Shown here one piece after another: positions 63,586 to 64,000 of a DNA stretch of 64,000 bases (the first letter of the stretch is position 1; the number at the start of each line of letters is the position of its first letter). A model generated the notes under the pieces. The model saw only the letters and a list, made by a program, of their open reading frames with translations. It did no database searches and had not been told where the DNA came from. The position numbers and the translations under genes were made by a program. The DNA is from Candidatus Omnitrophota bacterium (GTDB taxonomy: Bacteria; Omnitrophota; Gorgyraeia; JACQQV01), in assembly GCA_016206785.1 (NCBI GenBank), contig JACQQV010000046.1, positions 19,512 to 83,511 of the forward strand. Reading direction: 5' to 3'.

Positions 63586-63915
63586 TTAGAGACTTTCTCC
63601 AAAAAGCGAAGCCTTTTCTTTCATGGTGCTCTTTAAGATCGCATTCACCAGCCTAAGCACCCGAAAGACCCGATCGTCCGCCACCGAATAATAGACGTTG
63701 GCTCCCTCCTGTCGAGAAACGAGGATGTTGGCCTGCTTGAGAGCCGCGAGGTGACGCGACACGTTGGATTGTCCGATTCCAATCGTGGAGACGATGTCTC
63801 CGACAATTTTTTCTCCGTCTTTGAGGTATTCGATGATTTCAAGCCGTACCGGATGCGACAGCGCCTTCAAGAAATTGGATTTGAAACTCTGCCGGGCGAC
63901 TTGAGCGTTCACCAT
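63586..63915 (-). CDS. ArsR/SmtB family transcriptional regulator
   Basis: KALSHPVRLEII, QSNVSRHLAALK, VYYS. Confidence 0.92.
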   Translation of the reverse strand: MVNAQVARQSFKSNFLKALSHPVRLEIIEYLKDGEKIVGDIVSTIGIGQSNVSRHLAALKQANILVSRQEGANVYYSVADDRVFRVLRLVNAILKSTMKEKASLFGESL

Positions 63916-63959
63916 CCCAAAACTCCTATATCTACATATCCCTCTTTCAACCTATAGAG

Positions 63960-63988
63960 ATATTAGCATATGGCTATTTGCTTGTCAA
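63960..63988 (-). promoter_or_regulatory. Sigma70 promoter of the arsR-ligase-ligase-kamA operon with overlapping inverted repeat
   Basis: Minus strand TTGACA-17 bp-TAATAT; TAGC-N5-GCTA inverted repeat (63964-63976) overlapping the -10/spacer is a possible ArsR operator. Confidence 0.65.
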
Positions 63989-64000
63989 GTCCTTTTTGCA

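Overview
Bacterial chromosomal window with mostly minus-strand genes. The gene content (ilvE-mcsA-mcsB-clpC order, PVC-style BamD, a giant modular secreted protein) suggests a PVC-group lineage, probably Omnitrophota; this is inference. Housekeeping blocks: clpC/mcsB/mcsA/ilvE/lolD/lolCE/lysS/lnt/secA, prfB with its +1 frameshift, uvrC/murJ/rpsT/holA/lptE/bamD, comEC/comEA/leuS, tRNA-Ala(GGC), tRNA-Leu(CAA), accA, an L,D-transpeptidase, pilT, mnmE/folC/purH/pabC/pabB, a YchF-like gene, gpmA, ogg and dcd. The best candidate for an undescribed system is a three-gene unit at 32.6-43.6 kb. It encodes a 2681-aa secreted protein made of a conserved N-domain plus enzyme modules separated by repeated (A/T)x(D/E)GG linkers. 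The two upstream genes look like the same architecture split exactly at the N-domain/cargo junction. Other notable items: a KamA + three ATP-grasp ligase + DUF885 peptidase cluster; a variant arginine succinyltransferase pathway; an unannotated 16-aa Lys/Arg microprotein with its own promoter and terminator; an unannotated 48-aa lipoprotein; a c-di-GMP-I-like leader before a PilZ gene; a ~125-bp covarying structured repeat in two copies; and several palindromic repeat families, some read in frame inside proteins. One ORF-track entry (58969..60369) carries the wrong strand label. All calls come from reading motifs by eye; no searches were run.
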